DNA of 64,000 bases from Prochlorococcus sp. AG-347-J19 (GCA_003279015.1 QCBV01000002.1:22774-86773), one strand, 5' to 3'; counted from the first letter of the stretch, positions 20,418 to 30,930 are shown. Program-made: numbers and translations. Notes: generated from the letters alone by a model not told the origin.

Positions 20418-21056
20418 TTACTTTCTGTTTTCGATATCACTTATTGTATCTATGTCAATTTTTTTATCTAAAAACTTATATTTCAATTTTGTAGAATCAA
20501 AATTATCAATTGTCTTTTGAAGAACATTCTCTTTACTCCATCTAATATTGATAAAAGGTAAATGTAGATGTTTTGAGATTATTTTTTCTGATAAACCGAT
20601 CAGCCAATAACCTCCATCATTAGATGGCCCTAAAATAAGATCATTTTTTTTTAACTCCCTTATAGTATTTAATAAATCTTGATGGCATAAATCTGGCAAG
20701 TCTGTACCAATAAAAATAATATTTTTTATCTTATTTTGAGTACAAAATTCTTTGTTGAGATTTATTTGTCTTTTCATTTTTTCTCCTAAACAGCCCTTCC
20801 CCTGTAAATTAAACTTATTAATACCTAAATGTTTAGACCATCTCCTGCAATTTTTCTCCCCTAAACCAGATATTGCTAAAGAAATATCAATTATTTTAGT
20901 TTCCTGGAGATATTTAGCAACAGAAATTGTGTGGTAGGTCATCATACTTTGTACCGTCGCAGAATTACTTTTTCCTATATCTTTTGATAATCTTGTTTTG
21001 CATCTTCCAAAACCATGCCATTTTGCCATGATAATGAGTAATGATTTTTCCAACAC
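20418..21056 (-). CDS. DUF2064 / TIGR04282-like Rossmann-fold protein
   Basis: 212 aa. The N-terminal IIMAKWHGFGRCKTRL matches the K-x-P-x-x-G-x-x-KTRL signature of DUF2064. It is adjacent to the GT2 gene. Confidence 0.7.
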   Translation of the reverse strand: MLEKSLLIIMAKWHGFGRCKTRLSKDIGKSNSATVQSMMTYHTISVAKYLQETKIIDISLAISGLGEKNCRRWSKHLGINKFNLQGKGCLGEKMKRQINLNKEFCTQNKIKNIIFIGTDLPDLCHQDLLNTIRELKKNDLILGPSNDGGYWLIGLSEKIISKHLHLPFINIRWSKENVLQKTIDNFDSTKLKYKFLDKKIDIDTISDIENRK

Positions 21057-21185
21057 TCAAGCAATATTTAAAATAATTATAGGACTTTAAAGAAATTAAA
21101 AATTTAGATTCTGCTTTGTTAAAAAATTTTAAATTTGTCGTGATCTTGTGATTTGATAATGGCCAATTATTGAATTCCAACTAGA

Positions 21186-22604
21186 TTGATAATCTTAGAG
21201 AAAAAAATTTTGCAAGCAATTAATCCTATTTGGGCGGAAGTTCAACAATCACTCCAAAAAACTTTAAGTAAGCCTTCATTTGAGACATGGATAAGGCCTG
21301 CTAAATTTAATTGCTTTGAGAATGGCCTATTGACCTTAACAGCTCCAAATACATTTTCCAGTGATTGGTTAAGAAAGAATTATTGTGTAACTATCGAAAA
21401 AGCTGCAAAAGAAATTTGTGGCCATGATGTAAAAGTTGTTTTTAAATCTGAAACGAATGCCAGCAGTGATTTAACAAACAAAGAGAACATAGATGAATAT
21501 AAGGGGACTCATAGAACAAAATCATTTTCAAAAAATAGCCAAGATATTTCTTCAAAAAATAGACCCAAAAATCCTAACGGTTTAAATTTACGCTATGTTT
21601 TTCAGAGATTTGTTGTTGGTCCAAATAGTAGGTTGGCTCATGCAGCAGCTTTAGCAGTAGCTGAATCTCCTGGAAGAGAATTTAATCCACTATTTATTTG
21701 TGGTGGAGTAGGTCTAGGAAAAACTCATTTAATGCAAGCAATAGGTCATTATCGAGTTGAAATAGATCCAGAAGCCAAAGTCAAATATGTATCTACAGAG
21801 ACGTTTACTAACGACGTTATTAGCGGTATCAGAAGAGATGGAATGACAGCTATTCGAGATAAATATAGAAATGTAGACTTGATTTTAATTGACGATATAC
21901 AGTTCTTAGAAGGTAAAGAGTATACACAGGAAGAATTTTTTCATACTTTTAATGCCCTTCACGAATCGGGAAGTCAAATAGTTATTGCAAGTGATAGACC
22001 TCCAAATCAATTGTCTGGAATTCAAGAAAGATTAATTTCTAGGTTCTCAATGGGAATGACTGCAGATATTCAACCCCCTGACCTTGAAACAAGGACTGCT
22101 ATTCTCCAAAAAAAGGCAGAACAGGAGAGAATGAGTCTCCCAAGAGATTTAATTCAATTTATAGCAGGAAGATTTACTTCAAACATTCGAGAATTGGAAG
22201 GAGCATTTACTAGAGCTGTTGCATTTGCATCAATTACAGGTCTGCCAATGACAGTTCAATCAATAGCCCCAATGCTTGATCCGAATAGTGTTGGAGTAGT
22301 TGTTACTCCAAAACAAGTTATAAAAAAAGTTTCAGATTTTTTTAAAGTCTCTACTGATGAATTAATTAGTTCAAGTAGGAGAAAACCCGTAAGTCAAGCT
22401 AGACAAATTGGTATGTATCTTATGCGACATGGCACGGATCTAAGCCTACCAAGAATAGGAGATGAATTTGGGGGCAAAGACCACACAACAGTTATGTATG
22501 CTATTGAACAAGTTGAAAAAAAATTATCGATCGATCCTAATATTGCAAGTCAAGTTCAAAAAATAAGAGATTTACTTCAAATAGATTCAAGAAAAAATTT
22601 ATAA
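21186..22604 (+). CDS. dnaA: Chromosomal replication initiator DnaA
   Basis: 472 aa with AAA+ Walker [18 protein letters not shown], and a C-terminal DNA-binding domain (DHTTVMYA). The start is uncertain (TTG 21186 or TTG 21210). Confidence 0.96.
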   Translation: MIILEKKILQAINPIWAEVQQSLQKTLSKPSFETWIRPAKFNCFENGLLTLTAPNTFSSDWLRKNYCVTIEKAAKEICGHDVKVVFKSETNASSDLTNKENIDEYKGTHRTKSFSKNSQDISSKNRPKNPNGLNLRYVFQRFVVGPNSRLAHAAALAVAESPGREFNPLFICGGVGLGKTHLMQAIGHYRVEIDPEAKVKYVSTETFTNDVISGIRRDGMTAIRDKYRNVDLILIDDIQFLEGKEYTQEEFFHTFNALHESGSQIVIASDRPPNQLSGIQERLISRFSMGMTADIQPPDLETRTAILQKKAEQERMSLPRDLIQFIAGRFTSNIRELEGAFTRAVAFASITGLPMTVQSIAPMLDPNSVGVVVTPKQVIKKVSDFFKVSTDELISSSRRKPVSQARQIGMYLMRHGTDLSLPRIGDEFGGKDHTTVMYAIEQVEKKLSIDPNIASQVQKIRDLLQIDSRKNL

Positions 22605-22613
22605 TTTTAAATT

Positions 22614-23843
22614 TTAAAAAGAAATAAAATTTCTAGGATCTTGATCATATCTATGCCTTAAAGGTAACTTATCTATTTCATTGTTATCACTTAGTGATTC
22701 AATTTTATTTAATGATTGTCTTAATAGTCTTGCTGAAACAAGTGGCATATCTCTTGGAACTGAGATTCTATTTTTTAAATATCTTAGAGAGATTCCTGAA
22801 AGTTTTTTAGGGATTAGTACTTCACCTGTGATCATATGGGTCAAAGCTGATCTCAATGATTCCTCAAAGGATTCTTTATTATATGGGTTTACTTTTAGTA
22901 AATTATCTTTATGCTTTATTACTCTTTGAAGAGCAATTTTAGCGAAATATTTTGAATCATAAATTTTGTTTAATTCAAAATTACCTAGACCCTCTCCAGT
23001 ATCTATTAGCTTAGAGAAAGAAATCTGTTTTTCATTTCTTTCTTTATGACATCCACCCATTTGTGGGGGTAAATCATGAGAGTGAGTATGAAAATCGCCT
23101 TGAGTGCCTCGATAAGCACTTGTCCCCTCAAAAAGGGTAAGCCAGTTATCTACATGACGATAATTAGATCTTAAATTAAACCCTTTATAATAAGAAAGTG
23201 ATGCATTCATTCTCTCCATATAGGGAATAAAAATTATATCTCCAACACCAGGCTCTATATCACCTGTGTTAGAAACTGATGGATCAACAAACCCTGATTT
23301 TGAGCTACTTAAGATTTCATCGAGTTTAGAAATGGATTCTTTAAATCTTTTTTTTCTAAAAGAGTTATCTATAAAATTAAAGCTTTCTCGGCAGAGCCAA
23401 TTACACCAGGATCTGAAAATTTCTCTTTCTAACTCTCGAATTTTGATGAGGTGACTGGATGTCATAAAAGATCCAAGTGCTCCAAATTCATTTTCTAAAA
23501 AAGCTATGATATCGTCGCTTTCAGTTATAACTTGCCCTTTAAATTCAATTGCAGGTAATTTCCCCGATCTAACTTTTTCAAGGAACCAACTTTCTTTTTG
23601 GCCGTAGCAAAACATATTTATTTTCTTGACTCTATATGGAATTTTCTTAAATTCAAGCCATAACCATATCTTCTGACAGTAAGGACACCAAGAATGCCTA
23701 TCCCTATAGAGGGTAACTAATACATCATTTTCACTATGCCCAAATAATCTTAAATTTGCGTAGGAATTATTTATACCATGGACTCTATCAAGATCTTCAA
23801 CTTCAAATTTATTTAAATCATTCCATGTCAAAATCCCATTCAT
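22614..23843 (-). CDS. Glutathione S-transferase/glutaredoxin-like protein with a CPYC motif and a long C-terminal extension
   Basis: 409 aa. It has an N-terminal thioredoxin-fold segment (HSWCPYCQKIWLWLEFKKIPY) followed by a GST-C-like and uncharacterised region. Confidence 0.75.
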   Translation of the reverse strand: MNGILTWNDLNKFEVEDLDRVHGINNSYANLRLFGHSENDVLVTLYRDRHSWCPYCQKIWLWLEFKKIPYRVKKINMFCYGQKESWFLEKVRSGKLPAIEFKGQVITESDDIIAFLENEFGALGSFMTSSHLIKIRELEREIFRSWCNWLCRESFNFIDNSFRKKRFKESISKLDEILSSSKSGFVDPSVSNTGDIEPGVGDIIFIPYMERMNASLSYYKGFNLRSNYRHVDNWLTLFEGTSAYRGTQGDFHTHSHDLPPQMGGCHKERNEKQISFSKLIDTGEGLGNFELNKIYDSKYFAKIALQRVIKHKDNLLKVNPYNKESFEESLRSALTHMITGEVLIPKKLSGISLRYLKNRISVPRDMPLVSARLLRQSLNKIESLSDNNEIDKLPLRHRYDQDPRNFISF

Positions 23844-23895
23844 TATTTGAATTAAAGCTATAAACTAACGTTATGATAATTGATTAAAAAAAGTC

Positions 23896-25260
23896 TTGGA
23901 ATTTGAATTTGATTTAATTGTTGTTGGCGCTGGATCTGGAGGACTCGCGGCGGCTAAACGTGCGGCTAGCTATGGCGCAAAAGTCGCAATCATAGAAGCA
24001 AATCAAATAGGAGGAACTTGTGTGATAAGGGGATGTGTGCCTAAGAAATTAATGGTTTATGCAGCTAAAAGTAAAAATAATATGGATTCTTCTGAAGGAT
24101 ATGGATTAAAAAATGAAGGTATTAATTTTGAATCAAATATTTTGTTGAAGAATGTTAGAGAAGAGGTTTCTAGATTAAGTAAGTTACATAGAAATTCTCT
24201 AAAAAAGTTGAATATAACTATTTTTGAAGGCTTAGGAAGATTTATTACTCAAAATGAATTAGAAATTATTTGTTCAAACACAAAGAAAATTAAAAACAAA
24301 ATAAGTTCAAAAAAAATTCTTATATCAGTTGGAGGTAAACCAAAGAAATTAAATATTCCCGGGGTAGATTTGGCATGGACTAGTGATGATATTTTTGAAT
24401 TAGAAAAGTTTCCTAAATCAATATTAATAGTAGGAGGTGGATATATTGCTTGTGAATTTGCTTCTATATTCAAAAATTTAGGTACTGAAGTAACTCAATT
24501 AATTAGAGGTCAACATTTACTTAATGGTTTTGATGAGGATCTTTCTTCCTGCCTAGAGGAATCACCTACTTTTACTGAAATCAATATAATTCCCAATACT
24601 CAATTAAAATCTATCAAGAAAGTAAATGGAAATCTGGAATCTACCCTAGACTCGGGAGATAAACTCCTAACTAATAATATCCTTATTGCTACAGGAAGAG
24701 AACCAAATCTTTTGCCTTTAAATTTAGATTTTTTAAATCTCAAGATGGATGGCCAATATTTAGATGTCAATGAACTTAATCAAACAAGCAACGCAAATAT
24801 TTTTGCAGTTGGCGATATCATAAATAAGCCAAACTTAACTCCAGTAGCAATAGAACAAGGGAGAGTTTTTTCGGATAATTTTTTTAATGACAAAAAAAGA
24901 AAAGTAAATTATGAATGTATCCCTAAGGCTGTTTTTACTATTCCAGAAATTTCAACAGTTGGCTTAAGTGAGAAAAGAGCTAAAGAGATTTACTCTGAAA
25001 AAAATATAAAAATTTTCAAATGCAAATTTACCCCTATGTCTAATACCTTCAAAAAGAATAAATCAAAATGTATGTTGAAGATTGTAGTTCATAAGCTAAC
25101 TGACAAAGTCCTAGGATGTCATATGTTTGGAGAAACATCGTCTGAGATTATTCAAATGGTATCAATTTCATTAAATGCAGGGATAACAAAAAAAGACTTT
25201 GATATTACTATGGCTTTGCACCCAACTATCTCAGAAGAATTTGTGACTATGTATGGATAA
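23896..25260 (+). CDS. gor: Glutathione reductase (pyridine nucleotide-disulfide oxidoreductase)
   Basis: 454 aa with the FAD motif GAGSGG, the redox-active GGTCVIRGCVPKK, and a C-terminal dimerisation domain containing HPT. Confidence 0.9.
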   Translation: MEFEFDLIVVGAGSGGLAAAKRAASYGAKVAIIEANQIGGTCVIRGCVPKKLMVYAAKSKNNMDSSEGYGLKNEGINFESNILLKNVREEVSRLSKLHRNSLKKLNITIFEGLGRFITQNELEIICSNTKKIKNKISSKKILISVGGKPKKLNIPGVDLAWTSDDIFELEKFPKSILIVGGGYIACEFASIFKNLGTEVTQLIRGQHLLNGFDEDLSSCLEESPTFTEINIIPNTQLKSIKKVNGNLESTLDSGDKLLTNNILIATGREPNLLPLNLDFLNLKMDGQYLDVNELNQTSNANIFAVGDIINKPNLTPVAIEQGRVFSDNFFNDKKRKVNYECIPKAVFTIPEISTVGLSEKRAKEIYSEKNIKIFKCKFTPMSNTFKKNKSKCMLKIVVHKLTDKVLGCHMFGETSSEIIQMVSISLNAGITKKDFDITMALHPTISEEFVTMYG

Positions 25261-25262
25261 AA

Positions 25263-26342
25263 TTATGAATTAGAAAATTTTAATTTTTCTTGAACAATCA
25301 GAAATACTATAAGTAATGCAAAGTAAATAAATAAACCTATCCTTAATTCAGAAAGGAAGTTAAATTCATTCAGAAAAAGTATCTTATCGAGAATGTAGAA
25401 AATATAAAGATTAAGCAAAATAAATCCTTCAATTCTTGTGATTTTCCCTTTGCTCCAGAAAATTGGTAAGCATGCAAAGGTAGTTAAAACCATAAAAGGT
25501 AAGTCAACTTTTATTAGACTCTGTTCAATCACTAAACCTTTAAATCCTGAAAAAATACTGCAACTTCCAAGGATTAAAAGTTGATTGAGTAAATTACTTC
25601 CTATTACATTCCCAATTGCAAGATCTGTTTTGCCTTTAAATGCAGCAATTATTGAAGTTACTAATTCTGGTAAAGATGTCCCAGTAGCGACGATAGTTAA
25701 ACCAATAACAATTTCATTTACACCCAAAAGAGTAGCGAGGGTTTGAGAACCATTTACTAAAATATTTGAACCAAAGCTTAAAAGAAATATTCCCAATATT
25801 AACTTTAGTAAAATATTCATTTTCCCTTTATAGTTATCTTTTAATTCTTCTATCTCTGGTTCAGCATCTTTTGTCTCCTCTCCTTTTTCATTGATGGTAT
25901 TGATTTCCCATATTGTATTTAAGATTAAACAAAATATTAGAAATACCCCTGCTTGCAATGTTAATAAGCCTGTTGATGACATAGCCCAAACTGCACAAGA
26001 AATTGCCATTAAAAGAGGTACATCTCTTCTGACTATTCTGCTTTTTACTTTAAGAGGTGTTATCAATGAGCTTATGCCCAAAACAACGAGAACATTAAAA
26101 ATATTGCTTCCAATTACATTGCTTGCCGCAAGCGAATCACTGCCTTTTAAAATTGAACTCAAACTTACCAACAACTCAGGAGAGCTTGTTCCAAGAGAAA
26201 CAACTGTCAAACCAATTACTATTTGAGGTATTCCTAAAATTAAAGATAAAAATATGGCCCCTTGAATAAAGAACTCTCCTCCAGTAAAAAGTAGAACTAC
26301 GCCTAAAAATATTTCTATTATTGGAAATAAAAAATCACTCAT
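25263..26342 (-). CDS. Ca2+/cation antiporter (CaCA, YrbG-like)
   Basis: 359 aa and polytopic, with the two alpha-repeats GTSSPEL and GTSLPEL. Confidence 0.9.
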   Translation of the reverse strand: MSDFLFPIIEIFLGVVLLFTGGEFFIQGAIFLSLILGIPQIVIGLTVVSLGTSSPELLVSLSSILKGSDSLAASNVIGSNIFNVLVVLGISSLITPLKVKSRIVRRDVPLLMAISCAVWAMSSTGLLTLQAGVFLIFCLILNTIWEINTINEKGEETKDAEPEIEELKDNYKGKMNILLKLILGIFLLSFGSNILVNGSQTLATLLGVNEIVIGLTIVATGTSLPELVTSIIAAFKGKTDLAIGNVIGSNLLNQLLILGSCSIFSGFKGLVIEQSLIKVDLPFMVLTTFACLPIFWSKGKITRIEGFILLNLYIFYILDKILFLNEFNFLSELRIGLFIYFALLIVFLIVQEKLKFSNS

Positions 26343-26461
26343 ATTTAGGATTTAATTTAGATAATAAAAAATTTTCATAATTGGTTAATAACTATCCTCG
26401 AATATCTATAATTTATTGTCAATTTTAATTTGTTGTTAAAATTGATTAAATAGAAAAAATT

Positions 26462-27511
26462 TTGAAGACTTTAAACATAATAAAACCTGATGATTGGCAT
26501 TTACATTTAAGAGAAGGTCTTGTATTAAAAAATATCATTCAGTTTACTTCGGAATATTTTGGAAGAGCCATTGTTATGCCAAATACTAAAAGTCCCATAA
26601 CATCAATCAATAGCGCTATTTCTTATAGGAAATCTATTATTGAAACGCTACCAGAAAGTTCTAAGTTTGAACCATTAATGACAATTTATCTTACAGATGA
26701 TACTGATAAAGGGGAACTAATTAATGGTTTTAAAAATAATGTTTTTTTTGCAGCAAAATTATATCCTGCTAATGCCACAACAAATTCCAGTCATGGAGTT
26801 AGGAAAATAGAAAATCTATATAAGATCTTTGAATTAATGCAAGATTCTGGAATGCCTCTTTTAATTCATGGTGAAGTGACTGATTCTGAAGTAGATGTAT
26901 TCGATAGAGAAGAAGTTTTTATAGATAAGGAACTTTCTCAAATAATCAAAAGATTTCCAAAATTAAAAATCGTTCTAGAACATATAACCACCTCTTACGC
27001 AGTGGATTTTGTGCAAGAAAATAATATTGGGGCTACTATTACTCCTCATCATTTGCATATAAATAGAAATGCAATGTTTTTTGGAGGCTTAAATAGTGAT
27101 TTTTACTGCTTACCAGTTGCTAAGAGGGAAAATAATAGACTCGCTTTAAGAAGAGCGGCAACAAGTGGGGAAAAATGTTTTTTCTTGGGGACTGACTCTG
27201 CTCCACACCTTAGGAAGTGGAAGGCTTTTTGTGGATGTGCAGGCATTTTTAATTCGCCAGTAGCAATAGAAAGCTACTTAACAGTTTTCGAAGAGGAGGA
27301 TGCTCTAGATAATTTTGAAAAGTTTGCAAGTTTGAATGGCCCTAATTTTTATAATGTCCCACCAAATAAAGAAAAATTAAAATTAGTTTCTAGACCTAAC
27401 AAAATTAAAGAATATATTGATGTTGTTGAAGAAAAAAATATTGTCGGACAAATAAAACCATTTCATGCAGGTGAAACTTTACAGTGGCAAGTAGAAGGAA
27501 TAGTAAATTAA
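26462..27511 (+). CDS. pyrC: Dihydroorotase (type II)
   Basis: 349 aa with PDDWHLHLR, AKLYPA and GTDSAPH motifs. TTG start. Confidence 0.93.
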   Translation: MKTLNIIKPDDWHLHLREGLVLKNIIQFTSEYFGRAIVMPNTKSPITSINSAISYRKSIIETLPESSKFEPLMTIYLTDDTDKGELINGFKNNVFFAAKLYPANATTNSSHGVRKIENLYKIFELMQDSGMPLLIHGEVTDSEVDVFDREEVFIDKELSQIIKRFPKLKIVLEHITTSYAVDFVQENNIGATITPHHLHINRNAMFFGGLNSDFYCLPVAKRENNRLALRRAATSGEKCFFLGTDSAPHLRKWKAFCGCAGIFNSPVAIESYLTVFEEEDALDNFEKFASLNGPNFYNVPPNKEKLKLVSRPNKIKEYIDVVEEKNIVGQIKPFHAGETLQWQVEGIVN

Positions 27512-27610
27512 AAAATTAGATTTAATCTGACAATTAAAAGTGTAAATATTCCAATTTTTCTTGGTTAAATGGGTTACTTTCAGCTACGATTAGAAAGCGC
27601 AAATTCCTTT

Positions 27611-27696
27611 GGGAGTGTGGCGGAATTGGTAGACGCGCCGGACTTAAAATCCGTCGAGCGATTTAGCTCGTGGGGGTTCAAGTCCCCCCACTCCCA
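27611..27696 (+). tRNA. trnL: tRNA-Leu (anticodon UAA), class II with a long variable arm, intronless, no encoded CCA
   Basis: Acceptor stem GGGAGTG/CACTCCC plus discriminator A, D-loop AATTGGTAGA, anticodon loop CTTAAAA, and T-arm GGGGG-TTCAAGT-CCCCC. Confidence 0.95.
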
Positions 27697-27774
27697 TTAT
27701 TTAATTATTTATTTTTAGTTCTGACGATAACTTCCAATAGTTGTTATGTTTTAACTAAGCAACCATAAATTAAA

Positions 27775-28008
27775 ATGGAAAGTTTTTTCAATAATTCATT
27801 CGCTACTTTAATTGCTTATATCGGAATTATTTCTATCTATTTATTGGTTATCCCATTGTTACTATTTTACTGGATGAATAATAGATGGAATATTATGGGC
27901 AAATTTGAAAGATTAGGAATTTATGGCCTTGTATTTCTTTTCTTTCCGGGTTTAATTTTATTTTCTCCATTTTTAAATCTCAGACTAAAAGGAAGTGGTA
28001 AAGGATAA
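27775..28008 (+). CDS. ndhL: NDH-1 complex subunit L
   Basis: 77 aa with two TM helices ([32 protein letters not shown]), typical of NdhL. Confidence 0.85.
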   Translation: MESFFNNSFATLIAYIGIISIYLLVIPLLLFYWMNNRWNIMGKFERLGIYGLVFLFFPGLILFSPFLNLRLKGSGKG

Positions 28009-28012
28009 ATAA

Positions 28013-28333
28013 TTGACTAAAGGAAAAGTTATACAAATAGGTTTTTTTATTTCATTAATAGGATTAATTAGTTATAAATTGGCACCGCAAATTGGTATCG
28101 ATAATTTTACAGCTACTACTCTATCAAGTTGTATCTTGATTTTGATTGTTATTACTTGGGTAACATCTTATATTTATAGAGTTGTAAATGGAAAAATGAC
28201 TTTTATGGAACAAAGGAAGCGTTATAGAAAAGAGTACGAAAAAGTTGTTAATGATAAACTAGAAACCAAATTCAACTCATTGTCAAAGGAAGAGCAGCAA
28301 AAACTTATGGAAGATTTAGAGAAAAATCCATAA
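28013..28333 (+). CDS. Conserved cyanobacterial membrane protein (DUF3007-like)
   Basis: 106 aa with two TM helices and a charged C-terminal tail. It lies between ndhL and trpA. TTG start. Confidence 0.6.
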   Translation: MTKGKVIQIGFFISLIGLISYKLAPQIGIDNFTATTLSSCILILIVITWVTSYIYRVVNGKMTFMEQRKRYRKEYEKVVNDKLETKFNSLSKEEQQKLMEDLEKNP

Positions 28334-28361
28334 ATTTTTCATTGAAAAATATCCAAAAATT

Positions 28362-29204
28362 ATGAAAGATAACAAAATGCAAATTACTAAAAATGAATCT
28401 TTATCTAAGGTAGATGAGATGTTTTGTGAGTTAAAAAATAAAAAAAAATTTGCTTTAATGCCTTTTATAATGGCTGGGGATCCCAATATTGAAATAACTT
28501 CTGAGATCTTATTAAAGTTACAAGAAAATGGAGCTGACCTCATTGAATTAGGTATCCCGTATAGTGACCCACTTGCAGATGGACCTGTTATTCAAGTGGC
28601 GGCCTCTCGCGCCTTAAAGTCAGGTACTAGCCTAAGAAAAGTAATTAAACTTTTAGAGTCTTTAAAAGGTAAATTAAATATACCCATCATCCTTTTTTCT
28701 TACTTGAATCCATTACTATGTTTTGGCTTTGAAACGTTTTGTGAGATTGCATATGATGCTGGAGTTTCTGGACTAATAGTTCCTGACCTCCCTTTAGAGG
28801 AAGCTTATAAATTTTCTAAAATAGTTAGTAACCATTCTATGGACTTAATTTTATTGGTAGCGCCAACTACTCCTTATGAAAGAATGAAACAAATATCAAA
28901 TCATACAAAAGGCTTTACTTATTTAGTAAGTGTTACAGGTGTCACCGGTGAGAGAAACAAAATGGAAAATAGAGTAGAAAATCTTATTGCTAAATTAAAA
29001 GATGTAAATAGCAATCCAATTGCTGTTGGTTTTGGAATATCAACTCCAGAACATGTTAATAAAGTTCGTGAGTGGGGAGCAGATGGAGTAATTATTGGGA
29101 GTGCATTTGTAAAACGAATCTCGAGCTCAAGTGAAAAAGATGTTGTGGATCATGTTGGCGAGTTTTGTAAAGAAATGCGTTTAGCTGCTGATCAAAAAAA
29201 ATAA
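28362..29204 (+). CDS. trpA: Tryptophan synthase alpha chain
   Basis: 280 aa with LGIPYSDPLADGPVIQ and GFGIS motifs. The start may lie a few codons downstream. Confidence 0.95.
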   Translation: MKDNKMQITKNESLSKVDEMFCELKNKKKFALMPFIMAGDPNIEITSEILLKLQENGADLIELGIPYSDPLADGPVIQVAASRALKSGTSLRKVIKLLESLKGKLNIPIILFSYLNPLLCFGFETFCEIAYDAGVSGLIVPDLPLEEAYKFSKIVSNHSMDLILLVAPTTPYERMKQISNHTKGFTYLVSVTGVTGERNKMENRVENLIAKLKDVNSNPIAVGFGISTPEHVNKVREWGADGVIIGSAFVKRISSSSEKDVVDHVGEFCKEMRLAADQKK

Positions 29205-29286
29205 ATACAAGGATAATTTATTAATTAAAAGAATTATTTATAGAAAATTAATTAGAAATGTTATGACCAATTTATTTTTGTTGTCT

Positions 29287-29643
29287 TTAAGATTCTTCTG
29301 TAGGTAATAATCTGATTTGTTTTCTTCCGAGCTTAATTTCGAATTCATCACCTGCTTTTAAATCAAGAAGTGCTGTATATGCTTTCCCAATCAGAAGATT
29401 TCCATTGCCTTGAACTGTAGCAATATAACTAAGTTTTCTTCCACCTTTTCCAATACCTGCAACTCCAGAATCACCAAAATTAACCCCTTTTGCTTCTAAA
29501 AGTGCTTCATAAAATGCGGTAAAGTTTAAGCGTTCACCTCCATTTTTCTTAGTGGAAACATATCCACAAGCGCGAACTAGGTCAGATTTGCTAACATCAC
29601 CAAGTTCTTTAACTTTTGCAAGGAGATCGCTACCACTTAGCAT
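29287..29643 (-). CDS. Cyanobacterial AbrB-family transcriptional regulator (cyAbrB)
   Basis: 118 aa with a C-terminal AbrB/SpoVT-like swapped-hairpin segment (GNLLIGKAYTALLDLKAGDEFEIKLGRKQIRL), the architecture typical of cyAbrB. Confidence 0.8.
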   Translation of the reverse strand: MLSGSDLLAKVKELGDVSKSDLVRACGYVSTKKNGGERLNFTAFYEALLEAKGVNFGDSGVAGIGKGGRKLSYIATVQGNGNLLIGKAYTALLDLKAGDEFEIKLGRKQIRLLPTEES

Positions 29644-29739
29644 AATTAATTAAAAGAAAGTTGTATTAAGTAACATAGCAATCTGCGTGTAATATATGCA
29701 ATTATTAAGTATATATTAATTCTATTATTTATATTTAAA

Positions 29740-30009
29740 ATGGATAAGTTTGTGGTTTTTGGACGGTACTGTGAAGATGCAATTATTAAAAGGGAACCAT
29801 TTCGAGAACAACATCTTAAGAGACTTAAAAACTTAAAAGATAGCGATATTTTAGTTACATTAGGGCCAACAAAATGTACCAAATATTTGTTTGGAATTTT
29901 TAATGCTAATGATGTAAATGAGTTGAAAGATCTTATTGAGGAGGATATATATTGGGAAAAAGGTATATGGATTAATTATGATATTTATCCATGGATTCAA
30001 GCATTTTAA
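29740..30009 (+). CDS. YciI-like (YCII domain) protein
   Basis: 89 aa. FVVFGRYCEDAIIKREPFREQHLKRL fits the YCII N-terminal pattern. Confidence 0.65.
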   Translation: MDKFVVFGRYCEDAIIKREPFREQHLKRLKNLKDSDILVTLGPTKCTKYLFGIFNANDVNELKDLIEEDIYWEKGIWINYDIYPWIQAF

Positions 30010-30203
30010 ATATGATTTGCGAAAAAATTTAGTAATTATTAATTATTTATTAAAAGAATTAATTTAACTTAAAAATACATAATATTTTTGCCTTAATAAT
30101 TCAATTATTTATCTTATTTAGGAGTTAAAACGATATTTATTTAAACGTTAGTTTTAAGAGGTTATATCATTCTTAATTAAAAATATATTATTTTAAATAA
30201 TAT

Positions 30204-30524
30204 TTATTTAATAGTATCTTGATTTATCTGGTTTACTAATGAGTCAATATCTAATTGATTATATGGTGGTGTTTGTTTTGTTTCTAGATAATCGTTCTTG
30301 ATATTGTTTAACCATTTTTGCTCAATCTTTATAAGATTTTTTGCAATATTGAACATGCCGCCTTTTTTATATAATTCTTTCATTTTGAGAATAATCTCGG
30401 AGGTTCTACTCGATTTAATATTTAATTCATTTGCTAAGTCTTTTTGGGTGAATCCATGCGTTTTTAACCAATCTTTAATGAAGGAGACGAGTTCTTTTTC
30501 TTCCTGTATAGATAATTTACTCAT
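30204..30524 (-). CDS. Small HTH (XRE-like) protein
   Basis: 106 aa. GFTQKDLANELNIKSSRTSEI fits an XRE-type helix-turn-helix. Its start codon abuts the stop codon of the upstream DUF1232 gene. Confidence 0.6.
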   Translation of the reverse strand: MSKLSIQEEKELVSFIKDWLKTHGFTQKDLANELNIKSSRTSEIILKMKELYKKGGMFNIAKNLIKIEQKWLNNIKNDYLETKQTPPYNQLDIDSLVNQINQDTIK

Positions 30525-30893
30525 TCAATAAAAAGGAAATAACTTATTAAGCTTATTTTCTGCTCTTGCTCTTATCGAAGGAGTCATGTATTTGCTCCAA
30601 ATACTGAGTACTGCAGTGAGGGCTACAAAATCATCACTAAAACCAACTAAAGGCATAAAGTCAGGGAAAAGATCAAATGGCATAATCAAATATGCTAAAG
30701 CAGCCATTAATGAAACTCTCACTTGTGCAGGAGTAAAAGGATCTAATGCCATCTCCAAAACTTCTAAGGCAGGCTTGGCAATTGTTCTTCCCGCTTTAAT
30801 AAGAATCTTGATAATGATATTTTCATCAAATGTTGAACTTTCTAAAACTTCAGCATCATAGATTTTTTCTTGAGTTTTGTAATTCTCTTTCAT
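30525..30893 (-). CDS. DUF1232 (YkvA-like) membrane protein
   Basis: 122 aa with the signature DLFPDFMPLVGFSDDFVAL. Confidence 0.75.
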   Translation of the reverse strand: MKENYKTQEKIYDAEVLESSTFDENIIIKILIKAGRTIAKPALEVLEMALDPFTPAQVRVSLMAALAYLIMPFDLFPDFMPLVGFSDDFVALTAVLSIWSKYMTPSIRARAENKLNKLFPFY

Positions 30894-30930
30894 CCTTATA
30901 AATGAAATTTAAATATTTTTAATGGGATTT

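Noticed and set aside
20965-21180. 71-aa minus-strand ORF upstream of dnaA
   Set aside because: It overlaps the 5' end of the DUF2064 gene and the dnaA upstream spacer. It is Lys/Asn/Phe-rich, consistent with translation of AT-rich noncoding DNA.
21057-21185. oriC or a DnaA-box cluster upstream of dnaA
   Set aside because: I found no TTTTCCACA/TTATCCACA-type boxes in this spacer. In cyanobacteria the origin is generally not next to dnaA.
27611-27696. Possible group I intron in tRNA-Leu(UAA), as found in many cyanobacteria
   Set aside because: The gene is a contiguous 86 nt with an intact anticodon loop CTTAAAA, so there is no insertion.
29646-29882. 78-aa minus-strand ORF between cyAbrB and the YciI-like gene
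   Set aside because: It overlaps the 5' part of the YciI-like CDS and the divergent promoter region, and it has no recognisable features.
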